From assembly GCA_012295275.1 (NCBI GenBank), contig CM022665.1, forward strand, positions 48,670,001-48,734,000: a DNA stretch of 64,000 nt. The letters are read 5' to 3'. The notes under the pieces are model-generated. The model was not told the origin of the DNA, did no database searches, and was given only the letters and a program-made list of their open reading frames with translations. A program made the position numbers and the translations under genes. This document shows positions 15,465 to 29,223 of the stretch, piece after piece. Each line of letters starts with the position of its first letter. Within the stretch, counting starts at the first letter, position 1. This DNA is from Chrysomallon squamiferum (lineage: Eukaryota; Animalia; Mollusca).

Positions 15465-15870
15465 ATCATTATTAATTTTCACTTAAAAAATAGTAATAAT
15501 TAATTTAATTTATATTAATATCTCGGGTTATTTTTAACGTTATTATTTTTCTTAATGGTTGTAAGGAATCTGTAATTCTCTTCTTTTATATTTATTAACT
15601 TCTAGTTGATACACAAATTTACATGAAAATAGAAAGTCGCGGCTTCTCGATTCATTTTGTACAAATTTTAGGAAAAACGAAAGCAAATAGAACAATCTGA
15701 AAACTTACCAATTTACTTTTCCGTCGTATAAAAATAAAGACCTATTTCTTGTTGATAAATTCATATTTGTGCCTCTTACAATAAAATTATATTAAATCCT
15801 TACGGCATCATTAGTTTATAACTTCCATTACAATAGAATTAAGTTCTGTTTAGGTCGTCATAGGCGCTTT
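12852..15870 (-). other. Putative non-coding 5' exons of STK33 (12852-12921 and a first exon from 15709 upward)
   Basis: Strong minus-strand donors (GTAAGT) at 12846-12851 and 15703-15708, an acceptor at 12922-12923, and an acceptor at 8965-8966 ahead of the coding ATG. No transcript evidence. Confidence 0.4.
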
Positions 15871-15950
15871 CTGGCTGTCAAGCAGAAATATGCGCACCTG
15901 TTTGCGCAGTGTTGTAAAAGGTAACAGACAGACTGCCATCTGTTGGGAGA
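15860..15950. promoter_or_regulatory. Probable STK33 promoter patch with paired TGCGCA and a CTCF-like motif
   Basis: Locally CpG-richer patch just upstream of the putative first exon. Contains TGCGCACCTGTTTGCGCA (NRF1-like half sites) and CTGCCATCTGTTGG at 15933-15946 (reverse complement CCAACAGATGGCAG, close to the CTCF core). Confidence 0.4.
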
Positions 15951-16014
15951 TAACTCTATGTACATTTTATTACAGGTCTCACGCCATAAATATTATTTAC
16001 CAAAAATTAGAATA

Positions 16015-16717
16015 CAGTATTCCCTCGGTATTCGCGGGGGTTATGTTCTTTACCCCCCCCCCCGCGAATATTGGATGCAGTTTTAAAACGTCTATTATGA
16101 GATTATATACGGTACTAAATGCTTCCCAAACACTTTCTAAAGACACTCTTACTCATTAATACAGTAATAATGTAGTAATATTGCATGCAGTTATGCATTT
16201 CACTAATGTAGTAATGATAATGTAAACACATTTTAATTTTGTACTGAAACAATATTTTAATCAGAAAGAAACGTAAGTACAGGAGGACAGTAACACCGCA
16301 TAGCATAGTTACCCATACTGTATTTTGTACCGATAAAGTAATTTTCTATGTATACAACATATGTATTAGAATTGACAGAAAGTGGAACAAATTTAAAGGC
16401 AAACAGACAGATAAAATACAGTACGCACAGTTCAGGTAATAATAATACAATTCAGTAATAATATGCAGTCAGCCAATAGCAACCCAGCCATTGTTCGATG
16501 AAGACGTCAATCGATAAAAACTGCTCGAGAGAGTAAATACAGACATACCCTCGAAAAGTCTCTATGACCTACAAAAACCCCGTTTACCAAGCATTTGTTT
16601 TTATGATGTTATGACGCTAGCCTGGTATACCAGTATATGATGCAATAGGGTTAAGAGCCTAACCCGCGAATATGCGGGGCCACGAATGGGGAACCGTGAA
16701 CAGGTGAGGGTATACTG
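16015..16717. mobile_element. Non-autonomous Tc1/mariner (pogo/Tigger-like) MITE, ~700 bp
   Basis: Flanked by TA on both sides. Termini CAGTATTCCCTC... and ...GAGGGTATACTG (11/12 inverted match), with subterminal CCCGCGAATA motifs near both ends. No transposase ORF. Confidence 0.8.
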
Positions 16718-17198
16718 TACAATCGAAACTTAAAATGTAAATTTCTACTGTTCTTAACTCTAACCAAATGATAAAGACTCATTGACACAGATTTATAAAT
16801 TAAAATAACTGAAAAGAAAAATAGAAAAAGGTAAAAGAAACAGAACGTGTTAAGTGTTCTTAATATATCCACACAAATTAAACTTTTTCAATGTCTTTAC
16901 CATTTAGATTTGGACAAGTTTTCTGTTAACAAGTACCATATTAGGAACAAAAAAGTTATATATACATATTTTTTTTAAAACTATTAAATGTTTTCCTTCT
17001 CCATCAAACCAGAAACTGTATTTCAGCAATAGAAAGAATAAAACTTTTTGTTTTATGTAATTAAATATTTATTAATATACATGTAAAAATCAGAATAGTT
17101 TTCACAGTTAAAAAACACATATAAAACTTGTATAAATATTACACCATATTTATTTCATATATTATCCAACAATTCATTTTTGATGTTAACAATATTAA

Positions 17199-17236
<38 letters not shown>

Positions 17237-17746
17237 ACCTAAATTATAATATTTGACTTGTATTTTCTAACATTTCTGCATAATATTTTTACATACTTCC
17301 ACGATGACACCATGGTGTGTTTAGGCACAAGCTTTACATAACCAAACTAGCACCCAAATGTTCACCGATTGAAGAGTTGAAGTTTTATTGCTACATTTAT
17401 AGAATGTGACACAGAACAAACTGGATGTCAATGACTCATCATGTCTATGTGCATATCATATTTATCTTTAACTGATTTACATCCTTGACAATTATTTTTA
17501 CAAACAGCAATAAAAAGACAACACCAAAACAAATCAGTAACAGTATTTTATAATAATTACTATAAGTATTTTATACAATTCGTATAAAAACAAATAAAAA
17601 TATATTAAAATATACATATATATATATCAAAAACAAACAAAAAATATATATATATACATATATTTTTTGGGCAGACACATTCAAAATGGCATTAAAACTA
17701 GGTATGTCTTATCTAAACATAAAAGATGACAGTTGTTGAGGTCAAG

Positions 17747-20298
17747 TTATCTGAACATTTGCTGAATTTCTCCAATCGTTTTCCTGTCATTCTGGCATTT
17801 CTGAAAAAGAAAATATCTTGTGATAAACAATATCTTTATTTTGCAAAGGCTACAGAAGTCGAAAAATATTTAAGAAATAATAATAATTATAATAATAATA
17901 AATGTTATAATCATATGTAATAACTAAACTAAGTAATGATAATGATGTTTTGAAAACTTTTTTTTAATAACATTCAAAGAACTATTACACAAAATTCTTA
18001 GATATAGTATCATAATTTTGTCACCAGTGATTCTTAAATGTTTCAGTTTGTTTTCTATTATAAAACCCCCCAATAAACAGAAAGATTTACCCCCCCAAAA
18101 AAATAATAATATGAAAGGTAATAAATGCCTGAATGAACGTTCAATTAATTAAACATAAAATTAATTTATCAGATATCAACAGATCTCATTAAGTTTTCTG
18201 TGGTGTATGAATCAATGTCTGGATATCAAAATTTTTGGCTTGTGTTAATTTGCTGTATACAATTTGACCCCCAAAACCAAACTACTAAAGTCATATGTAT
18301 AGTTTTGTTTTAACTTTCCATGCATGTATGCATTTATACTCGACTGACAATATACTGGCTTTTTGTGTACATCTGTCAAGAACCTCTATCCCCCATATAT
18401 GCAGAGTATGTACACTGGACAGAACTTCGCCCTCTCCAAATCCCTATATACTGTCTGCAGACACCTTACCTAGTCACATGTTAAGTCAGTTACGAGGTAC
18501 AGGTTGGAATGGAAGAAAGCCCACTGAGAACAGCAGCCATTTCAGGTTGAGTAGCTTCTCACGTACAAAACATCGTCAGACACAAAGTTTTTAACTTTAA
18601 AGTGATGTGTGAATGAATCAGATTTAATTAATGGTGGCTAGTTAACAGTGATCAGTTCTTACCTTCCAGCACACTTCAAACACGTTTATCAAAGACCCAG
18701 CATTTCTAGGTACTGGTGGCGATGTTTTTCTCAGTAGCTGAAAATATCAACATTATTATTTTATATCTCCAAGCTGCAAAATGTTTGTACAGCACAGGGG
18801 AATATCACTTTCATTTACAGCAAACCAAGGATAAACAGCACAATATATGTAATAATAATCATCATCACAATAATAGTAACAGCTACTATACATAATACTA
18901 CTACTACAACTTCTATGTACAATAATACTACTACACCACTAGAACTACTACAACTTCTATGTACAATAATACTACTACACTACTACTACTACTACAACTT
19001 CCATGTACAATAATACTACTACACCACTAGAAATACTACAACTTCCATGTACAATAATACTACTACAGTACTACTACTACGTACAATACTACTACACCAC
19101 TGCAACTACTATAACTTCCATGTACAATAATACTACTACAACTACTACAACGTCTATGTACAATAATACTACTACACTACTTACAAATTCCATGTACAAT
19201 AATACTACACAACCACTGCTACTACTACAACTTCTTTGTACAATACTACTACTACAGTACTACTACTATACCCCTACTACAATGTCTATGCACAATAATA
19301 TAAGCATACTACTACTACTACTACTACTACTACAACTTCTATATACAATACTACTGCCACAGCTACAGCTCGTAATAATTACTTCCACAACCATTGCTAA
19401 TAATAAAAATCTAATCAATAATAACAATAATAATAATAATCATTAGTCAAAAAATAATAATAATAATGATGACAATAATTATAATAATAATTACAACAAT
19501 AAAAATGACAAATACAACAACAATAATAAAAATGAAAAAAACAACAATCCTCCTTCTCCTTCTCCTCCTCCTCATCATCATCGTCACGGCCATCACCTTT
19601 TTCCAAATGGTTTCCTGCCTTTCATGTCTCAGTCTGTTCCAGACGCGAGTTCCAGTCAGCAGTTCCAAAATGAGGCAGCCACACCCCCAAGAGTCAGACG
19701 TCAGTGAGAGGTTAACATCCTGCTGTAACAACTGGAATGCAAGAAAACACATTTTCTTGTATAAACATTCTCACAGTTTAAAAAAAAAACAAGCAGTAAC
19801 ATAACCATGAGAAAACAATTCAGATGTACTGTCATATAAATTAAAAAAAAAAAAAAAAAAAACCTTTTTATTTGAACTGTAGACCCTGTAATCAAGTGTT
19901 TTCATTTCTCCATTTTTTTAACTTATCCTGAATGAAGGAAACTGAACACATTATTAAAGATGAATTAATTAAACTGCATAAATTTACATTAAATAATACA
20001 TTTTTTTTTTTCTTTTATATATATATATCTTCATGTATTGCTTTATTTGTTTATTTAGTCTTTTTATTCATATTTTTTTTATATTTGTCATTAAACAGCT
20101 TGTTGACAAACAATAGAACAAGTTTTTAATTAAGCAGATGCTGTTTATATTCATTCATTCAGTTGAGTGACAAAATAATGCATAGAAATTTGTTGTTTTC
20201 ATTTTATTTATAAGAAGGTAAATTATAAAAATAAACAGATAGATTAATACCTTAATTACTTAATAGATTAATAAATCAGGCTTTGAAGCTGATTAAAA

Positions 20299-20330
<32 letters not shown>

Positions 20331-23300
20331 TAAAAGTAAAAAAAAAAATAATAAAAAAAATAAAAGAAAATAAAAGAAAAGAAAATAAAAGAAAAAGAAA
20401 AGAGGTTATGGCTTTACCTCGGGAGGTAAAATAACAGCTGGAAGGCCCTGCTTAACCTCTTGGTACTCAACCTTGTAATCCAGTGACACAGACATTGTCA
20501 GGTTTGATATTTTTACTGTTCCTTTGTCAACCAACAGCATGTTAGAGCCTGAAATAAGATGAAATAATTAAAATATTTAATCATTATCTTGTAGTCATAT
20601 TATGAAACATTGGTAACATAATTAAAACAGTTATTAACATGAAATAATTAAAATATTAAATGATTATCTCATAGTCATATTATGAAACATTAGTAACATA
20701 ATTAAAACACAATTATTAACATGAAATGAACCTGATTAATTAAAATATTTAATGAATATTTTTATGTATATTATGAAACATCAGCACATTTTGATTACAT
20801 TAATAATTCAACACTAATCTTTCATAAAAATGAAGTACAGCCCTACGATAAATTTTATTCAAACAAATGTAAAAACAAATTTGGCAAATTTCGTTTACAA
20901 ATAAATGTAAAAACAAATGAGCAAGCATAATTTTCTACTAACAAATGTAAAACAAATTTGGAACAATTTTATTCACACAAATGAAAAAAACAGATTAGAT
21001 ACGGCAGTAATTTACTAAATAATGATGAAGGCGAACACCATTCAACTGTTAACCCTTTCAGTGCTATTGGTGGGATATCTAGACATGCTAGATAGCAAGA
21101 TATCATGACATAACACACTATCTTAAGCTAAGCCCTAATATTTCACTTAGGTAAATGTTTACAAACATTACTGGTGCTGAAAGGGTTATAAGATATTTTT
21201 TTTTATTTTACACTCTGACAATCTGCTGACTTACAACAGAGACATTAACATTCTTAATCTTACTTGTCCAGTAAAGATACACTATGTTTTTTTCATGTAG
21301 ACTCTGGATGCCTTCAAGAATCTGCTTCATGAAGAAAATCACTTCATCATGACCAAGAGGATTGCTTTCTATCAGATGTTGCAGTGTTCCACCTTGACAA
21401 ATAAAAGAAGGGGAAAAAAAAAAACAAGCAAAATAACTTTATGTTCAGCTACATTTGAAGATGTTCTGCCAATACAAATAAACAAAAACACATGAAAAAG
21501 AAATATGTCTTCAATTACGTTTGAAAATACCTTTCTGTTAGACTGTATTTCAAAATAACTTTTTGTTAAACTATATTTCAAAATTCTTTTTCGCATGTTT
21601 ATGTCTTCAATTACATTTCAAAAAACAATTCTGTTAAACTATATTTCAAAATAACTTTCTGTTGAACCATATTTCAAAATAACTTTCTGTTAAAATGTAT
21701 TTCAAAATAACATTGTTTTAAATTACATTTCAAAATGTTTTATCCTGACAAGTTTAATATAAAGACACACATATACCAGAAATAGTATTTAATATAAAGA
21801 CACACACATACACAGTGAATAATGCCAGCGTGTGTATTTACTATAAAACACACACATACACAGTGAATCATGCCAGTGTGTGTATTTACTATAAAACTCA
21901 CACATACACAGTGAATAATGCCAGCGTGTGTATTTACTATAAAACACACACATACACAGTGAATAATGCCAGTGTGTGTATTTAAGAGAAAACAGAGATG
22001 TACCGTGAATAAACTCTGTACAAATCAACAAACAGTTGTCTTGTTCAACCATCCAGTGATGTCTCACAATGTGAATCCACCTTAGAGCTCGCAGGTTCTC
22101 GTACACCTTCCACTGATGATCGTAATCAAGAAGTATGGCCTGAAAAAAAATTTAGATAACAAAAATTTAACGTCAAGCAGAGAAAATATACTTTTAAATC
22201 CATTTTCTATTCTTATTTTACCATTTAGGAGTGAATGTGAGCTAGGTAGGTAAAATTGTACTGGGTCTGCTTGTATTTGGCTAGATAAATGTAATATCAC
22301 ACACAAATTTTTATTTTTATAAATTGTAATATTCTTTCTTATTTGAATGTGTGCTAGTGAATATATACTTGGTAGTTAAAAATTAAGAATATAAATGAAG
22401 AGTAAAAAAACAACAAAATAAGAATACAAATCAAGAAATAGAATTTAGAATACGAATAAAGAAGAGAAAACTAAGACAAATAAAAATAATAAAAGAAAAA
22501 ACTATGAATACAAATATAGAGAAAAACTAATAATACAAATAAAGAGAAAAAACTAAAAATGCAAATAAAAAGAAAAAACTCGACAATACAAATGGAGAGA
22601 AAAAATGGAAAATACAAAAAAAAAAAAAGGTAAGAATACAAATAAAGAGAGAAAAACCTGAGAATACAAATAAATAGAAGTAAACTAAGAATAAAACAAA
22701 TTAAGAGAAAAAAAACACCTCAAGATTACAAATAAATAAAAAAAAATTGTAAGAATTCAAAAAAAGAGAAAAAAAAACAACAACTAAGAATGAATAGAAA
22801 AAAACTGTAAAAATTCAAAAAAATAAAAAAAAGAAACTAAGAACAAAGCAAATAAAGCCAAAAATACCTTCTTCACAACTCTAGTTTCAGCTTTTCCACA
22901 ACTCAGATCATTCACCAACATCACAGTGCGAGACTCGGTCAGGGGAGACAACACCTGCCAATCTTCACCTTCTATGAAACTTCCCGATGATATCAGCACA
23001 TCATCAGTTGATTCAAACTGGAAAAAAAAAAAAAAAAAAAAAATTAACAAAACTTTAAAAACAAGTACAAATAGATAAAAAAGAAAAGAAGAATTTTTAT
23101 CGGACGAAATATCCTTTGAAAAGCCGTTTAGGAAAGTGTATGGCAAGTTTAATGGATGTCACATTGGTGAGTATTTTAAATATGTTCACCTGAAGACATT
23201 TCTGATATGCTGGTTCACTTAGTCTCAGCGTTGGACTTTCAAGATCGTTAAATATTTCACTCACAGCATCTGCAACATCCCAGGGATCACTAAAATAGAA

Positions 23301-25808
23301 TCACCTTTTAATTAGTGATTAGTGATCGAAACAGTACAGTACTCAATGTAACACTTCATTCCACTGACAGGATTTGAACCAGCTTCCTCAGCTTGACAAA
23401 GCAGTTTTATCTCAACAGAACTATTTCATACGAAGACATTAAAATTACTCTATATCAAGCAATAAATTATGAGATTTGAAAAAAAAAAATGAAAATTAAC
23501 AGGTGTTATCATTCTGAAAAAGATACAAAGCTAAAAATATTTTTACATTTATTCAAAAATAAAAAAAAATAATAATAAAAATAAAAAAAAATAAAAATAA
23601 TGAACTGTTTGAAATTCAGATAGGCTGGATAATTACAAACGGTTTGAAATTTGATGTTAAAGAAAATTAAGTGTAAAAAATATTCTGATCTTAAACCATC
23701 TCTCTGTTAAACATGATAGTGAGATACAACAGAATAAGAATTATTATTATTATTATTTTTTTTTTTGGATAACATTACATCGTGTGCAGGAACCAGGACC
23801 ATGGGACGTAACATTTCAGCGAATCGCATCGCTCACTGTGAGCACGAAGTCCATACAACAGATCTACGTCACTCTTCACCAGTGGATGTTCACCCCGAAC
23901 AGTCTCCTTGAAACCTTTAATCCGCTCTTTAATCTGAAAAGAAGCAGATCTGACAGTAAATGTGTAGTAGATTTCTAGACCAACTCTCACCAAACATTTC
24001 ACTACAGCAGTAATTCAAAAGAAGCAGCCATTTTATTTAGTGAATTTTTTTTTATTTTTTAATTTTTTTTTTTTTTGATCTTTTAGCAGCAAAATGTTTC
24101 TTACAAGCACTTTTCCATAAGCAGAAAAGAATATTAAAGATGTGAATAAAGTTAAAACAGAAATGAAATATTAAAAGTAAAAGATATATTTTTAATTTCG
24201 TTGAAACTGCACCGATACTCTGATCTACTCAATATTTAGACATAACAAACCCTGTAACAGTTGTCCTCTGTGCAGGTTTGATCCTGACACCTGTAGGCTT
24301 TCTCCAGATTAATTACCAGCTCATCATCAACCACACCAGCATCATCAGCAGTTTCAAAATCAATCTAAAATCATTTCAAAACTTTGTATTTCATGAATCT
24401 AGCTAAATACAAGTTGGATGTTGTATGTAATATTTCAGTAAAATATTAAATATGATTCTTTTGGGGTTTTTTTAATATTAAACAGAAAAAGTGCAAAACT
24501 AGTATTAATTCTGCACTCTAGACATGCACACACACACACACACATGTGCAGATATAATATAGATTAGATATATAATATATAGATACACAGAGATATGCAT
24601 ACACAGATGCAGCTACATGACAGTATAGATGTACACTTATATATCCACACACAAACACAGATATACATATATATAATGTACAGCAGATATAGACAATATA
24701 TATATATTGACACCTACACAGGTTCAGATATGCAGATACAGATAGATAAACAGTTACATACATAAACATATACACACACACACAAGGATATATAATGGAC
24801 AGACAGATGTATTGGTATTTGTTGTAATCAATCTGTGATACTTTTATCTAAATTGTTTAATTTCGCAATAATACCAATTCCATTCTTATTGTACGTCAGT
24901 ACACCTGACAGTGAGTGTTCTATTCTACAACATAGCTACTTCTCTGATCTAACTCAGACAGAATCAGACTCTGAAACATTTCATTTAATAATTTTTAATT
25001 CATTTTTTTTTTTTAATTTGATAATTTTTGACTGTACTTTATTACATTAAATCCTCATTTACCTAATTCTTAGATCCGAGGCTTTGGAAAAGTTTTTCAA
25101 AAACATTTTTAACATTTTTTTTTTTTTTTTTCATTCTGATTCATCGCATAACTGACTGACAGTTAATTAATTAATTACATTTTTCAGTGCTAGCTTTGAA
25201 TGGTCGAGATTTTCCACTGAATCTGCGGTTTACTGTGCTGCAGCACACAACAAATTTACAAATGTTAAAAAAGAAAAAACAAACAAAAAAAAAAGCAGAA
25301 AACTTACTATAGTTGACTGTTCTGTACTGCTGCAACTTTCCTCGTATATTTCTAAAATAAAAAATTAATTGGTTAAATTAATATATATAAATGTTTATGT
25401 GTATTTGTTTGTGTGTGTGTGTGTGTACATATATCTGTGTAAATGTTTACAGATGTGTACACATCTCTATGTGTGTTTGAATAAACATTTATTATTGTAC
25501 GTGTGTGTGTGTGTCTGTGTGCGTGTTTGTCTGTGTGCACAAACACATATTTATTACTATTATTATCATTACACATAAGCTGGTATTTTTTTGTTCCTGT
25601 TACAAAATAAACAGCAATGATTATTACTGGAAAGTTTTTAATAATATGACTACTAATAATAATTTTTTTAAACATAAACTCATACACTCATATATATATA
25701 TATCTATATATATATATATATATATATGTATATTTCTTTTAAATTATTATATGTATATACTCACACAAATACATATATATATATATATATATATACATAC
25801 ATGTATAG

Positions 25809-25861
<53 letters not shown>

Positions 25862-26880
25862 CATTGATGTGGACAATTAAGAAAAAAGGTCATGTGAAAG
25901 AACCCACCATCTAAGTATTTCATCACCAGTGGACTCAAGTTCTGTCCTCCTGGTGATGGAGAGCTCTCTGACATTAAGTTGAACAAGTCTTCAGCTGACA
26001 CGTGCTCGTTTGCCATGTACGCATCAAGCAGGCACTGCTTGTCTTGCATCAGGGAGTGGTGTGTCAACATCGCTGCAGTGTCAGCTGACACATCATCGTG
26101 TCTGCTGTGACGCTGTTGCATGAACTCCTCGAGAACTCGTTCATCGAAAATGGTGGAAAACGGCGGCGATGGGCTGTTCTCGGTGTAGCTCGTCACTGAT
26201 GCTGTAGGGGAAAGATTACCTGAATTGAACTGAAGAGAGCCTCTGCTGTTTTCCCGGAAAATCATTTCATCTTGAATGTTGTCATTTTTAGCACTTTCTG
26301 CACTGGCGGTCCTACTCTTCCAACTTGCTTCAGTCTTGAATATACTCAAGTTTGGAAGGTTACCCTCGGGGAAAGGCTCGGTGCGATGCGACGGCGAGTC
26401 ACCGGTGTCGTCACCCGCCTGGGTGACACTGCTTCCAGTTGCCACGTCACAGGTTCCAGACTTCTGACTGCTTTTCGACTGCTGCGAACTTTCACCAGTT
26501 CCGTAACCACTGGACTTTCTGAAACTGTTTCTCACCTCTCTGCCATGTTCCGAAACTGCGTTCGTTTCTTTCCCGTCCTCTTTGAAATGCACCGACCGTG
26601 ATCGGCAGAGCACTTTGTCTGCTGGTTCAACTCCACCACAACACTGCGGATGTTCAGTCCTTCGTGGATCAGCAGCAGGTGACTCGCTTTCTATTGGAAT
26701 GTTCTGTAACAGACCTGCTCTGATGTTTTGTGTACTGTAAAAAGAGTTTGAGTTCTCCTCAGGGAAGACATTATCATCATCATCATCATCACCCACGTAA
26801 TTGTCATTATACACTGCATCCGCCCTTGATGAAGAGAATACTTCTCTTCTTGTTTTTGAAGTGTCAGAGACTGAACTCAT
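17747..26880 (-). CDS. Uncharacterised protein: disordered N-terminus + degenerate TAZ2-like zinc finger + pseudokinase, 12 coding exons, ~731 aa
   Basis: Exons 25908-26880, 25308-25351, 24251-24364, 23779-23933, 23190-23289, 22868-23017, 22004-22139, 21264-21392, 20418-20548, 19597-19731, 18663-18737, 17747-17800 give one open frame. Kinase scaffold visible as VVKK, HIVRHH, TEFIHGGTL, QILEGIQSLHEKNIV, SNMLL, VKIS, PPE, SDSWGCGCLILELLTG, CW...DR. Confidence 0.85.
18885..19360. repeat. (TAC)-rich minisatellite
   Basis: Recurring ACAACTTCCATGTACAATAATACTACTAC. Confidence 0.85.
20558..20790. repeat. ~80-bp tandem repeat x2-3 next to a pseudokinase acceptor
   Basis: ATGAAATAATTAAAATATT...GTCATATTATGAAACATT.GTAACATAATTAAAACA...TTATTAAC repeated. 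Confidence 0.8.
21053..21185. mobile_element. piggyBac-type MITE (133 bp) in an intron
   Basis: TTAA|CCCTTTCAG ... CTGAAAGGG|TTAT: 9-bp perfect TIR with CCC/GGG ends and a TTAA-like target site. Confidence 0.65.
21795..21985. repeat. ~48-bp minisatellite x4
   Basis: CACACACATACACAGTGAATAATGCCAGCGTGTGTATTTACTATAAAA-like units. Confidence 0.9.
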
Positions 26881-27225
26881 GACAGCAAGACCAGTGTGCC
26901 AAACTACTTGTATTTGTTTGTCAGTTAACTGACATGCTGTGTTATGAAAAATAAAATAAAAATAAAAGTTACCAGATGTTTATTTTTTTTATTGGAAAAT
27001 CATTTTATGTGTTGATTCTCTGCAAGGAATCATTCATAAATTGCAATCCAAGATGGCAACTTTAATCTTCTGTAATACTGGTATTGTTTATGCGACAAAC
27101 CAGCATCTCAGATAGGATGTGAATTTTTGAATTTCACTAGCACATCAACTTCAAATATTTATTTGCTTCCACTTTCATATTATGATAATATGAATCAGAT
27201 AAAAAGAAGAAAACAAATTGATAAT

Positions 27226-27257
<32 letters not shown>

Positions 27258-28129
27258 AAATAATAATAATAATAATAATAAAAACAACAATAAAACTATT
27301 TGGTTCAGTTTATAAACTAAACAGTATGCAAAGAAACATTTTAGAAACAAATTGTAAAAAAATAAAAAAAAATAAAAAGTGAGATTAAAATTTGAGTATT
27401 CTCTTCATAAATCTTTTTAATACATGTATTTGAAAAGATTGTTAATATTAATAATGATGATAATAAGAAGAAGAAAAAGAAGAAGAAAAAATTCTAAATG
27501 TTTTAACACATAATTTTAATATGTTTAAAGCCATTGATTGTACAATGTATTTATAAACACTACTTAGTGATAATAGTATTGATCTAGTGGTATTTATATC
27601 AAATATATTTCATGGAAAATATAGTCACAGATTTTAACTTAAAATGTCTGTCCAGATATTAAATAAATTTAATATTATAATTATGTTCAAGCTGGTACCG
27701 CTATGAAAATTTATTTTACCTAATAAATGTTATATTTATACTGACCTCTGCATTTTGTACTGCATTAATTTCTGAGGTATTATCATCATATGTATAATTT
27801 CTATAAATATTAAAAATATGACATGCATTTGTCACATATAACTCGAAGTCGACACATTCAATGATTCATATATTTTTTATATTAAGTAATATCCCTTCCC
27901 CAAAAAAAAAAAAAAAAAAAGAAAAGAAAACACTCGGCAGGTTATATTCGACTTTTGACGAATGTGCTAAATATAAAATACGATAATCGTAACATAATAA
28001 GAAAAGGAAATGATCCAATTTTCTACCGATCTACAATAAACAAAAATAAAAATATCTGTTAATTCATGGTTTTATGGCATTTGGATCTTTGTCTGTCAAT
28101 AAGAAATTACCAAAAATTGCACATTTTAC

Positions 28130-28492
28130 CTGATTGTAGCTGTCAACGATGCGAACGTAAATTCCTGGAAAATCATGCTTTTCTGTTTGGACTGATCCAC
28201 AATTCTACGTTAAGTCGAGAGCGTAACAAAAAGAGAAGAATTGTCTAATCATTTCACCCATTGAAACGCATTCGGAGGTCCAGTGTGTAGAAAGAACAAC
28301 TTTGTGTAATGCCGCCCCTTTTAAACTGAGTGCTGTGAAAACGAAAATGATTTTCTTCAAACGGTTTACTCTTCCGTCATTATCCAGATGTGATAAATTT
28401 GTTCTGAACATTTAAAGTATTGTTATTGCATATCTGCTGGTGAAAACAATGTGATGCTGTTTTTATATTGAATATCGAATAATAATAAAAAG
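28130..28492. promoter_or_regulatory. Bidirectional promoter / first non-coding exons shared by the pseudokinase (-) and RMI1 (+)
   Basis: Minus-strand donor at 28124-28129 and plus-strand donor after 28492 diverge from a CpG-richer patch with a GC box (GCCGCCCC, 28311-28318) and CTTCCG. Matching acceptors lie at 26937-26938 (-) and 29217-29218 (+). Confidence 0.55.
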
Positions 28493-29108
28493 GTATGTAA
28501 CTGTATAATGTATTACTGTTACTGTTAGTCAACTTAGTGTTACTGTTAGTTACTTTAATCCGTATACTTGCTGCACTTCGTATTTTCTGGGTCTGTTTTT
28601 ATCTGATTTGGATCAATTTTTAAACTGATTTGGATGAGGAACTGGAGAGTCAATGTTTCTAATTCTGGACATTTACTTGCAGAACATCCTCAGATTCCAT
28701 GACGATATTCCAAAACATTTTATCTAAATTACTGAGTGTCCATGGATTAAAACAAAATGCATTGAATTTTATAAATATTGTCATACGGAAATGGACAAAG
28801 CAGTACAAATTTATTTATTTATATTTTTTTGTAAACAAAATGAAGTGAAGACAACTAATGTGAATTTATTTATTTACTTAAATTATAACTGTCATTGTCA
28901 TTAATGTTAACTGTTGTGTACTCTACACTGCCACACCATGTTTTGTTACATTCATGAATTGAACACATTTGTGCATACTTAATAATAACATAGCATAACT
29001 AAGTCTTATTATTTATTATTATTATTTTTTTTTACAATTTCAGTGATTAATTACTAACACTTGAATTAAAATACGTTAATATTCACTGTCTTCTCATATC
29101 ATCTACAA

Positions 29109-29139
<31 letters not shown>

Positions 29140-29223
29140 TTTATTTTTTTTTTTTTTTTTTTTTTATTTATTTTTTTATAAATCTCTATAGTGATTTATT
29201 AATGCTTTTATTTTATAGTGTAA

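Noticed and set aside
19003-19804. ORFs of 147, 112 and 63 aa
   Set aside because: Translations of TAC/AAT simple repeats, or antisense to the pseudokinase exon 19597-19731.
26881-26936. N-terminal extension of the pseudokinase upstream of ATG 26880
   Set aside because: The frame is open to the acceptor, but the candidate upstream exon (from 28130) has an in-frame TGA a few codons before its donor.
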